Shown here: positions 1-10,659 of the stretch, one piece after another
Layout: each line of letters opens with the position of its first letter
Position numbering within the stretch: position 1 is the first letter of the stretch
NCBI GenBank assembly: GCA_051942245.1
Contig: JAVECL010000215.1
Coordinates: forward strand, 1-35,326
Direction of reading: 5' to 3'
Origin: Trypethelium eluteriae
Taxonomy: Eukaryota
Length of the DNA stretch: 35,326 nt
Notes under the pieces: model-generated
Database searches by the model: none
The model's input: only the letters and a program-made list of their open reading frames with translations
Told to the model about the DNA's origin: nothing
Program-made: the position numbers and the translations under genes

Positions 1-837
1 GGGGCTTGGGGAGGGAAGTTGGTGGACGTGGGTCATGGAGGCGAGTGAGAAGTGAGGGTGGGAGTTCAAGGAGGGATGGCACGATGGGATGATGCTGGAT
101 GTTTGATGAGGTGTTCATTGGCGTGGAGGTTGTGCCACGAGGGTAATGCCTTGGCTTTGCGCTGGCGCCTCTCTTTTCTTCATCATGATTTCAATGGGGG
201 TGATTGCACTGGGCTGTATACCTATCATGCTCTGGGTGGATGTTTTGGGTGGAGATACCGTTTCGCTCATGGGGGTCGGTACTTGCGATGTTTCTGACCA
301 ACGTTCGCATGTCTGTCGTTCTGGTGCGCTAATACTGATGAGTCGGGAATTGGAAATCCATAGGTCAGCTAGCGCAATATATGTACGCTGCAGATCATTG
401 TTGCATGCGTCTTCCATCAATCTAAAGTCTCGAGGTTTCGGTCTCAACTCCATATTGCCATCCCGGGGAGAACGCTTCTTTGGGCCAGCCTACCGCTGAA
501 AATTCTGTTCATTGTGTCATCTTGATTTATTGCTACCGGGGATGCGGCGCTCATTCCTTCGCGTCTATTCCAAATCATCCTCATTAGCCATGCGAGTAGG
601 TGTCCGGACGTGAGGCGTGGAAGATAGGACAGCACGGACAGGGAGGCAGATTGCCAAACCACCGCCGGAAGCACGAGCCATCTGGAAAGTTGTTCTTGTC
701 TTTTCAGCCTGAACTCGATCACCGAGACATCGCCAGCAATTGTCCATTCACCCCCGCTTGATCCTTTTTCTTCGCCCTCGTATACACTCTTATCTCTCTT
801 CCCCGGCAGATGTGATTGCCTCCAGCATCCTGGACCT

Positions 838-2259
838 ATGAATGGTTTCGTTGATCATGGCCTCGACGAGGGAAACTTCGGCGACGCCAAGGGTCTTTCT
901 GTGAAGGCGTTTGATGCTTTTCGTGAGTGTGCCTCCGCTTCTTGATGAGTTCGGGAAAAATTAGATGCTACTCAGCTACCTCAATGGAGCTTTGTACTTC
1001 CTCGTCGCCACCGGCTCGTACCCCAAATCGTCGCATTCCGCATGCGCTGACAACGTTCTCCCATCAGCCAAGACCAAACCTACATACCTGACCCGAACCT
1101 CCTCGGGAGGAGTATGGACCATAATTCTTCTCTTCGTCGGTAGCCTACTCACATTCTCCGAACTCCGCCGGTGGTTCGTGGGTGAAACATCTCACACCTA
1201 CTCCGTCGAACATGGTGTTGCACATACCCTCCAGATCAATCTCGACGTTGTAGTTGCCATGCAATGCCAAGACCTTCATGTGAATGTTCAAGACGCTTCT
1301 GGCGACCGGATATTGGCTGGCGATACCCTTAAGAAGGATCCTACGAACTGGGGCCAATGGGGAAAGCAAAGGGGCGTCCATACGTTAGGGGTTGGGGATG
1401 AAAAGGATAGGAGCATCTACGACGAGGAGGATGTGCATGACTATCTCGGTGCCGCGAGAGGAAGAAAGAGATTCAAGAAGACTCCGCGACTACGAGGCGA
1501 CGTCGACGCATGTAGGGTGTACGGGAGTATGGAGGGCAACAAGGTTCAAGGGGATTTCCACATTACCGCCCGAGGCCATGGATACATGGAGTTTGGCCCA
1601 CACCTGGATCATAGTGGTAAGCCCTTTTCCTAGAATCCCATCTATCCTTACAACGAAGCCCTCCATTCTGATCTCTGTTCGTCCGCCTACTCACAGCCTT
1701 CAACTTCTCCCACTACATCAACGAGCTCTCCTTCGGCCCCTTCTACCCCTCGCTCACCAACCCGCTCGACGCCACCGTCGGCACCGTCTACGACCACTTC
1801 TACAAATACCAATACTACCTCTCCATCGTCCCCACCATCTACACCACCACGCCCGTGGGCCAACTCTCGGCGGCCTCGCTCGCGAGCGGCGCCTCGGACC
1901 TCGAGTCACGCTACTCCCTCGACGACGGCGGCGCCACCATCCACACCAACCAGTACGCCGTCACCTCGCAGTCGCATCCCGTCCCCGAAAGCCATATTCC
2001 CGGCATCTTCGTGAAGTACGACATCGAGCCCATCACTCTGCTGATCAGTGAGGAGAGCGCGAGCCTCTTGAGTCTGCTCGTGCGGCTGGTGAATGTGGCG
2101 AGTGGGGTGGTGGTGGCTGGGGGTTGGTGCTATCAGTTGACGGAGTGGGCGAGAGAGGTGAGTGGCCGGCGGGGGAGGAAGCGGATGGATAGCAATATGG
2201 GGATGTTGCATGGGAGGAGTGAGAGCCAGGATGAGAAGTGGAGGGAGAAGAGCTATTAG
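838..2259 (+). CDS. ERV41: COPII vesicle / ER-Golgi intermediate compartment protein Erv41 (ERGIC family)
   Basis: Exons 838-922, 1068-1616, 1697-2259 join in frame across GTGAGT..CAG and GTAAGC..CAG introns. Family motifs FDAFPKTKP, N-terminal TM helix, CRVYGSMEGNKVQGDFHITARGHGY, FNFSHYINELSFGPFYP, PGIFVKYDIEP and a C-terminal TM helix. Confidence 0.93.
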
Positions 2260-2495
2260 AGATTTTGTGTGTATGTATCATCAGTCATTGTCTCATTAAC
2301 AAAAATTTTTATTTCATTCTGTGCAATTGTGATTTTTTCTTTGTAGTAGTGCTTATGCTTCTATCAACCAGACCTCTCCGACGGCTTCTCATCTTCTGAA
2401 GAGCTCATTAGCCCTGGAAGTCGTTTTCTGCATCTCAAGTCAAACTCGTCATCCCTCAGAAGAGCCTGATGTCTTGTCTGCTGCCCTCATGTTAA

Positions 2496-3436
2496 TCACG
2501 CCCCATTTGCGATCAAATATCCTCCATCGACTACCACGTTCTGCCCATTAAAGTACTGATTCGAGAGCGCAAATAATATGGCGCTCCCCATATCTCGATC
2601 ATTCCCTGGCCGGCCCGCTGGAATTGACGCATACTTTTCTTTCGGTAGCTCGCTCTTCTGGTCTTCGCCACTCTGGCCGCCGGCCGTCATCTCTGAGGGA
2701 AACACACCCGGCGCGACACTGTTGACGCGAATCTTTAGCCCTGCCAGGAACAGCTCGTTGGCAAGCAATTTTGTCAGGTGGATGGCTGCCCCTTTGGAGG
2801 CATTGTAAGCAAAATGGTTCTGCGAGCGCTTTACTACCCCCGAAATGGAAGTGATGTTGAGGATGGTGCCAGAGTAGCCATACTGATGCTCTGTGGCACG
2901 CTGGAGCAGCGGCAGAAACGCCGTGCTGAGGAAGTAGAGCTGGCCAACGTTGGTTCGGTAGACTTGCTCCCACAACTCAAAGCTTTGATCTTCTGGATCG
3001 AAGATGTTGGCGCGGACCTGTTCGGCAGAGTCGCCCTCCGGCTTGTGGGTGGCTCCAGCAATCCCGGCGTTGTTGACAAGCATGCAAAGACATTTCTCAC
3101 GCTTCTCGAAATCGGCAACAAGACGTTTGATGTCTTCCTTCTTGGTGATGTCGGCCGTGAGTGGAATGATCTGCCCCGGGATGTCTTTCCCATAGATCTC
3201 CGCAACACGCTCGAGCTTGTCCTCTGAGCGGCCAACGATGTAGACTATACGTGTCGTTGGTATGAATTTGGGATCATTCGCAGTTTCGATATCAACATAC
3301 CCTTGCACCCATTTACCGCCAAGGCTTGGGTGGCCATGAGGCCAATGCCACTACCTCCTCCTGTCACAAGAGCAATCTTGTCCTTGACATTGAAGAGATT
3401 CCCAAGTTGGAAGTCAGTGTTGTTGTTTGAAGCCAT
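2496..3436 (-). CDS. Short-chain dehydrogenase/reductase (classical SDR)
   Basis: Exons 3436-3301 and 3244-2496, intron GTATGT..TAG. TGGGSGIG Rossmann motif, NNAG, catalytic YNASK, VNSVAPG. Confidence 0.93.
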
Positions 3437-4241
3437 TGTGTTATATTGACGATGTCTTGCAGTGTACAAACGATTCGTGCTTGCAATTGCAGGGAAATGA
3501 CAACCCGGGAAATGACGGCGGGCAAAATAAGGGCGGAAGCGAATGCGCTCAGAAAGATGGCATCTTGGAAGGCGAGCTTGCGTCGTAGTGATGTCACTGA
3601 TGAGCAATCGAATCGACATTCTCGCCCTAAGTAGAGAGTGACGTTGACTGAGTAACAAGCACGTCTGACTGAGGGAATGTAATTCGCCTTGTGACCTAGA
3701 AATCAGGCAGAGAGGAGGTGTAGATTGGAGTTGGAGGTATGGCTGCGAATTGCATGTGTTCGGATGGGATTTGTCGATCGAAAAGTCAAGAATCCCATCC
3801 CCGTCACCCCGGTCTACAGGGATGATATCATGGATTCGCCATCCTCTCAATTTATGCCGCTCATGTCATATTTCCACGATTTTAAAGCTAAGTTTTGGTT
3901 TATCGAGAGGAGTGAGCTTTGGAAGATTGACATAGAGGAGAATTGGAGATCAGGTTTGACGTTTTCTCAAGGGAGGAGGATGCATTGTTGCTGGGCTAGC
4001 TAACGAGTCAGAGAAGGGGAGTATCATGGCTAGAAGAGCTTTGGCGTCAAGCTCCGGCTTTCGCAGGACTAAGATTTTATTACAAAATTCTTGGGTACCA
4101 GGGCGGATGCTGTTCTCGAAAGGATATACATGTCGTTGATAACAATGACGGTCGTTGTCCATGATATTTACTTGTATTTCTCCGCCACAGTTTCATCAAA
4201 AGCACAGATAGAATTTGTACTGAACCGTACCAGCTTATACT

Positions 4242-5035
4242 TCAAGCGTTCGACTCTCCGACTGTGTCATACAGATTTTCGCCTTCAATGCCACCCTGCC
4301 TCTGTCCCCTCCCTGCATCTAGCCCACTCTCCGCGTTCGACCTCTGCGCCCTCTGCTCGCCATATCTCCCAGGGTCATTCGGTCCCCCTATGTCGTTATT
4401 GAAGCTTGCATTTGGGGCATTGTCAAAGTCCGCCCCGCCTTCAGTGATGTTTTTCCCATGCGGCTTGCTCGATCCGCTGATCGCACCGCCTGTATCCCGG
4501 TCACTCAATCCACCAGCGCTACTAGAGGTGCCTCCGACACCACCTGAAGTAGCGAATGTAGGACCCACACCAGTCTCTTTTCCGAGGCCTCGCCCAGCCT
4601 CTAGCTGCTGCTGCTCGCTCCAGCCTTGTTGGACGTCACGGGACTCAGCATCAGGTGCGGGATCAAGGCGTGTGGTGTTAGAGGTATCAGTCGTGTTCGT
4701 TGTGGTGCTATAGGAAGGTTGCGACATGGCTCCGGCGGAAGGCTGATTGGCGGCAAAGTTACCACCGCGAGAGAGGGACTCCGCCGCGAGGGAATCGGAA
4801 GTCACTGTACCAGGGCCTTCATTGACGGGGTTGCGGAAAGCTTCCGGGTCATTGGTGACCTGGAGATGGAGAGTTTAGTATCATGCATGCAATGGAGAAG
4901 AGATGGTTAAATGCTAGAGGCAAGAGAAAAGGGAGAGAGCTTGTGGGATGGCTGGATTGCCATGAAGGTCTGAAATACTTATGAGCGCAGCGAATGAGGG
5001 GTATGTCGTACCTTGGTGCCCGATGAACTTGACAT
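4242..5035 (-). CDS. Hydrophilic Gly/Ser-rich hypothetical protein (~213 aa), stress/spore hydrophilin-like
   Basis: Exon 1 5035-5012 (MSSSSGTK), intron 5011-4860 (GTACGA..CAG), exon 2 4859-4242 open (VTNDPEAFRNP...SDSLAAES...KPHGKNITEGG...DIGGPNDPGR). Function is inferred from composition only. Confidence 0.8.
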
Positions 5036-5227
5036 GATATTCTGATAGTACTTGTGAGCTCGTTGGAAGGATCTGTTTGAAATTTCAAGAGTGTTTTGAC
5101 TGGCTGCAGTTCCTTAGAGTCGTGAAGAGATTGGTGCACCAGGCAAAAATGGGACGTGATATACCTATGCAGTTGAATGTTCAGTCACGAGCTGGTAGGG
5201 CAAAATTCAACATGAATTGCGTTCTTC

Positions 5228-5235
5228 TGACGTCA
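5228..5235. promoter_or_regulatory. CRE/ATF (bZIP) palindrome upstream of the hydrophilin-like gene
   Basis: TGACGTCA within CTGACGTCAG, about 190 bp upstream of the ATG at 5035. Confidence 0.5.
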
Positions 5236-5656
5236 GTACGGCAATTTTGTGGTCTGTGCGAACGCACAATTCGATCGTTATCACAATTCCGATAGTGATT
5301 CGGGATGCCACATATGTTGTATGGATGGTAATACTATGAGAGCTGTAAAACTCCCAATGTGGTGTGGAAACTTGGGGATTGAGGTCTTGTAGCTCTCAAG
5401 GGATCGTGTTTAAGTTACAGTGGCATGTTTGGAATTCGATAAACTGCCGAGCACGCGACCACGAGAAGAAATTTTTCATGCTCAATTCCTAATTTGACGC
5501 TCATAGGGTCGTCAATTAATTTGAAGGCTAACGTAGGACTATAGCAAATTCTCGAAATTGCGAGATTGCTAACTACATGATTGCAAGACCAAGATCATCC
5601 AACGGAAGATCTTGGTAAGTGGAAGACTGCCAAGAGCGATACTCAGACTGGCACGC

Positions 5657-6244
5657 TCAAGCATTGCTGTTCGAAGGGTCATTCTTCTGCGGATAGCCAT
5701 AATCTGGCTGTCTCGTCTCCACCGTACCCGTTTTGTTCCTCGCCTCCCTCGTTACGGCGTCACTGGGAATACCACCTAGATTATCTTTTGCGGTCCTGCC
5801 CACCTCGCTGCCAGCGGTATTTGTTTTCCAATCCTCGCCACTGGCACGGACATCGCTATCGCCTGTCGCAGGCTCGCGAATAGATGACGATCCACCTCCA
5901 TAGCTGAAATCGTCTTGGACGCCACCAGAATCGACATTGACGGTGCGGGCGTCAGCCGAAGAGAAGTCGGAGCTGGTGGGTGGTTGATCGGGAAGTGGCA
6001 GGTTCGCCTGACGTTCGGATATGATTTGATCTTTATCCTTGTCGGCTTGGTCGACTACAGACTGTAGATATCGTCAGTAACCTGATTTGGATCGTATGAG
6101 GCGAACAGTCCCAACGTAGCGTACCTGTAGGCCAGCAGTTTCGGAATTCTTGGGGATATTGCCACCGTGCCTTGCTGATTCCTTCTGTTCCAACCTACGG
6201 ACATCCTCCTTGGTATAGTGGAACGTCTCATCAGTGCCAGACAT
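5657..6244 (-). CDS. Small hydrophilic protein (174 aa), possibly SMP/LEA-like; not in ORF track
   Basis: Exon 1 6244-6125 (MSGTDETFHYTKEDVRRLEQKESARHGGNIPKNSETAGLQ), intron 6124-6062 (GTACGC..ACTGAC..CAG), exon 2 6061-5657 (SVVDQADKDK...RQANLPLPDQPPTSSDFSSAD...SNA*). Probable 5'UTR intron about 6362-6262 (GTAAGG..GCTAAT..CAG). Confidence 0.82.
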
Positions 6245-7232
6245 ATTGAATGTTCTATCTTCTGTGCATATTAGCCAAAATTCAAATAGATTTGCTGGGT
6301 AAGCCAGTCATTCGGGAGCATCAAGCTCATAGAATGGGACACCTGCTAAGTAAGATCCTTACCGTGAAGTAAATTGCAAGCAATGGTAAGGAAGTTATTG
6401 AGTCAAGTTTTGAAGCAGTGCAGGCTGTGGGATTCTAGATGCTGAAAAGAGTGGGAAAGGTAAGGTATGGTGGCGTGCACGAAGCCATGGCTTGGGCATG
6501 CGTGACGTAGTGTGGTGGGGCTTTTACTTTTCGATACACAATCTCGATCCTGGGTTGCAATTCCGATGTTCAGGCACAATTGCATAACTCACCGAGCCAC
6601 AATGGGAGAGTTGTGCTTCCTCGACAGCGATCATCCCCTGAGGTTAGACTAGGGAGCCCCCCACCTCCCGTCGTTCAGGCCAGAATGAGACCAACCCTCC
6701 TTCACTCCCTAGTTGGTAGGTCTTGCCGAGGGATTTGGTTTTTACATAGTAGCTGAACGATCTACTTTGCATCAACCAAACTTGTTACTGAACATACAGA
6801 ATGGATCGACTCGGTTAGAAACCGATGTACAGTTCACTAGGATCTAATTTCTCATTTTGTTTCGAAACCTGTACCCCCCCTGGTGACCGCATCCAGGGAA
6901 TTATGTAGTTAATTAAAGAATGAAACATAGTGGGTCCATTAACTCCTTGGAAGCCGCATGGCCGCAGACGTCCTTAAATCGACTTCCGTCGTCAAGACTT
7001 CATTATTTGGAAAACATCCATTTCGAACTCCTCACCAGCGCCGTGCCCACCTTTGAATGAATCATCAAAGTATTCAATGAAAATTTGAAAAGTAAAGTTG
7101 ACATCTATGAAGGAAGGATTGTGGGGTAGTCGTTGGTGCTTCGCCAGCTTTTGGCTCCGACTACTCAGCCTCGAAACCGTCATCCTCCCCCGAGGCTTGT
7201 AGCCGCATTAATAATTGCTGCGAGGCAAGACA

Positions 7233-8286
7233 TTACTCGTCATCGTCGTCTTCTAAATCCCACGCTCGGCAGATCCAATCTCGGAAAGGTGTCAACTGGA
7301 AATCTGGAAAGGCTTGGCGGAAGTTTGGGTTCCTAAAATTGTACCGGTCTTCTGCTGTGGCCATAAGAGCTTGGGTACGCCTTTGCCTGTAGATGTCTTG
7401 GGCAGCAATAGCTTGGCTGAGCTCCGCTCTCAGCAAGTCTTGATTGATATGCCAAGTAATGGGTTGAAACTCCTCCTCTGCCACCTCCATCAGTTATGCC
7501 AGACTTGTGCTGATCTTATTTTGGTTAACTGCTCACCTTTGAGGCTTGAAACAAGAGTCACAACATCGTACACAGTCATCCTCTCCGCGTAGATGCTCAG
7601 CTCAGGAGGCCATCGATCAAGGTCCAAGGCTCGTACGACCAATCGTGCCACATCTCGGACACTGGTCATGCAAATCGTAGTGTACTGATTGTTCCGGTTG
7701 TACACAGGCACCTGTGCAGTCATGTTGTTGATATCCATGATATAGTCTCCCTCGCCAGAGAATCCGGAGGTGGCTCCTATTCTGGCCGCATTTAGACCTC
7801 CCCGCTGGAAGCGTTCGTAAAAGATACCACATATAATGGTCATGGATTGGATGCGATTGCGATGCTGCTGCAGCAGATGTCGTGCTGCGTGACGACCCCG
7901 ATCCAGCGGATCATCGGCCGGACGCAATCTTGGAGGCCCTTCAAATTCTGCGGGAATGAGACGGCGTACCCGCGCCCTTATAGCAGCTTCAATGAGGCGG
8001 AGTTGATTTGGTCCAAGAATCGTGGACACGACAATGTCTATGCCACTGAGGGCGAATCTTAGAGACTCTGCGTTGTTGTAATCCACGACGTGGACTGTCA
8101 TGTCTCGAGCCTCATAGTTTGGCTGGTTCTGTTCTTTCAATCAGCCCACGACACCGACGGCTTGGGAATTTTAGTCAATCATACTGTTCGCGAAAGCAAG
8201 AGTACTTGATGGGGTGTGTCTTGCTGGATATAGAATGCAATCCAGAAAGCTAGCCCGCCGGTGCCAGCAATCGCGATTCTCATCAT
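7233..8286 (-). CDS. NmrA-like / isoflavone reductase family NAD(P)-binding protein
   Basis: Exons 8286-8185, 8128-7537, 7477-7233. N-terminal IAIAGTGGLA, VDYNNAESLRFALSGIDIVVST, RVRRLIPAEF, DVARLVVRAL. Confidence 0.88.
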
Positions 8287-8518
8287 AGTCAGAATGGAAG
8301 AGAACGCCTGAAAGAAGATGTAGCTGATTTGAAAGAAAATCTCCTCGTTCCCTTGACGTCGCGGCGTTCCATCTGCGAGCTTAAGAGCAACGCTTGCCTC
8401 TCGGTGCACAATTTAGGAGAGATGTAGGGCTTCAGCATCTTGAACTGTGTCTCCAACATGTGTTCAGTCAGCTAAAAGAACAGACACTGCGATTACATGT
8501 TGAAGGATTCACCAGAGG

Positions 8519-10350
8519 CTGAAGATTAGGACATGTTAGCGAAGCGTTGAGTGTCTGATGGCACTGCCTGAGGCGGCAGTAGAGAGTTATGCAGCGACGG
8601 GGAATGACTTGAATGGAACCCCCAGAAAGGGCTAAGATAGGACCACCAATAAGGAGAGCACCAACCACTTGCTGGTAGGTAATCAGCGGAAAAGACTATT
8701 CAGTCCTACTTTCCGTCGACATCCCCCGGGGCCGCAGCTATAAGTCTCCTCTGGGTTCAGTAGATGTCCTAGGCGATGGTGCGGGTTTATGGGGATGGGA
8801 AACTCCATTGTTGCCTTGTTCGCCTGTCATCAGAGCGTCCCCTGTTAAACAAAGCGAATCAGTGATTCGTCATCTCTCGCGGCACTGGTCACCGTGCCGA
8901 TTGGATTAAAAGCGTGAACATGGCGCAAGGAAAGCTACCGTTCATGAGGAATAGCTTGCCCCATCAAGACGCGGGACGTCATGGAACCATCTCTCCAAGT
9001 AGCTACGAACGGTCCTCGGAGGAACCTGTGGTTGAGCTGTGGGCCATGAGGCTCAAGCTAGGGATAAAGTGGAGAGGATGTTCATTTGAGGTCGAAGAAC
9101 TGGGTCTAAGAACCGTATCAGCTCCCTGCGGCTGGAGATAGGGCTAGCCCCACCGGTGCGTCAAACCATCCTCGCCACATTGCGGTAACAGTGGCGGAAA
9201 GAAGGGGGCAAGCACCCCAGTCTGTGTCTTGAGCCATGCGACCAGATCATGCAGGGACTCTTGGTTTGGATCACCAGGCAGACGTCCTCCTGCAGATCGT
9301 GGGCAAGGTGGGATATCCAACTATACACATCAGTGAGTTAAACGACGAGACTTTTGGACGTTCAATGAGCCTAGAATATGAGAATTGCGAGGGGGGTGAC
9401 TGAAGGGCCAACGCAAAATAGGCAAACGCAAAGTTTGGGGGCCAAAAGGCGACCACACCTTCACCGAATAGAAATGATGAGAAAGACTAGACGGGTGAGT
9501 TCTTAGTCATTCACTCAAGCATCCAGACAGGCCGCAAAGCACCACTTTGATCGGAGTGACTACGTATCCGAGAGACCGGTAGACGCCAGGAAGTACGGTG
9601 AAGACTGGCGTAACTGGGTCGATGGAATGTATCCCGTGGATCCAAGGAACCGTACAACGGCGTAGCTGAGATCCATCCGCTCTAGTTTGAAACTCTAACA
9701 GGCATTCAGAGAGTTCAGCCTCAAGTAGCCTTGCAGATTTCTGCAAATCAGATGCTCGGCGCAAACAAGCTGCTGGGTGAAGCCGGTTGGAATCTTCCGC
9801 CGTCAACGGATCAAGCACCCAAGGACGTTGGAGCAGTAAGCTACGTTGTTAGAACGTTCATGTCCTCTATATGCTCTACTAAGTTCGGCAACGGTTTCAG
9901 CTTGACGCCTTTCCTTTGGAGGGGTTTCGTCCGCGCATGCCTATTCTCAGACTGTCAAAAGGACTGAGCAACGGACTTCGCATCTGCAAGCGGCTCTAGC
10001 ACTGATCACGACGGGACGTTGGAGTCGGGAGTCAGTGCGAACGTGGCATGTCTTTCTTCTCTAGTCGTATTACTTTGTAGGTGGGAATGAATTAAACATA
10101 GGCGCAATAGGGCAATCTGCGACGTTTCTGCCTAAGGCACAGCCAACTTGTGGTGTTATTATCATCCTTCTCCTAGCGACCTGGGGTTAGTGTAGAGACA
10201 GTGGCGTTTGTGGGCAAGTCACTTTCACTTCTAAGACTCCTACGACGCCGTCCCGTCCCGAGGTCCAAACCAAGGGGACGGGAGACGGGATGGGTTGGAT
10301 CGGTCAGGTGATTTGGTGTCGCCTTCGCGCTGTGGTTAAATAACAAAGTC
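8519..10350 (-). ncRNA. Candidate telomerase RNA (TER); ends approximate
   Basis: About 1.8-2 kb with no credible CDS. Template-like CACUAACCCCA at 10192-10182, a helix ending 2 nt 5' of it (10254-10195), an 11-bp long-range complement (10274-10264 with 9270-9260), several distal hairpins, and branch point plus acceptor near 8540-8519. No homology search was possible. Confidence 0.42.
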
Positions 10351-10466
10351 CTCATTCTCGAGTAAAAATGTCATTAGCTTCGTTTTTTACGAAAAGAGGA
10401 ACTCAAAATAATTGCACCGAGAATACACGGCCATCAAAAAGGGCTAATTACAAATATGCAATCGAG

Positions 10467-10560
10467 CGCGTTGTGGGCAAACATGCAATCAATGCTTGCT
10501 GCCGCTCCAGAAGTGGGTGTGGAGCCGGCGCTAGACGCGTGCGTCATTTGGGACGCGCGC
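10467..10560. promoter_or_regulatory. MCB-like element cluster in the divergent promoter (homeobox gene / candidate TER)
   Basis: ACGCGT at 10535-10540, CGCGTT at 10467-10472, ACGCGCGC at 10553-10560. Confidence 0.55.
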
Positions 10561-10659
10561 TCCGCAACATCCCACATTCAACCCTCTCAGTAAACAGTAG
10601 GCTAGAGCTCTTACTTCACTCCGCGCTGCCACGAGACTCATCCACCCTATCTGGTTGCA

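Noticed and set aside
1..600. Possible minus-strand gene divergent from ERV41 (ORF 115-453, intron-like GTACAT..GCTGAC..TAG near 387-329)
   Set aside because: No consistent stop-free exon chain or recognisable domain could be built; it may be real but is unsupported within the window.
3437..3850. Long N-terminal extension of the SDR ORF (3245-3850)
   Set aside because: Begins at a non-ATG codon and looks like promoter sequence; ATG 3436 gives a normal SDR start.
8740..8745. ATAAGT on the plus strand, matching the reported TER non-canonical donor
   Set aside because: Wrong strand for the template-bearing RNA, and no room upstream for a plus-strand TER.
9474..9669. C-box ATGATGA suggesting a C/D snoRNA
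   Set aside because: No D box at a typical distance and no terminal stem.
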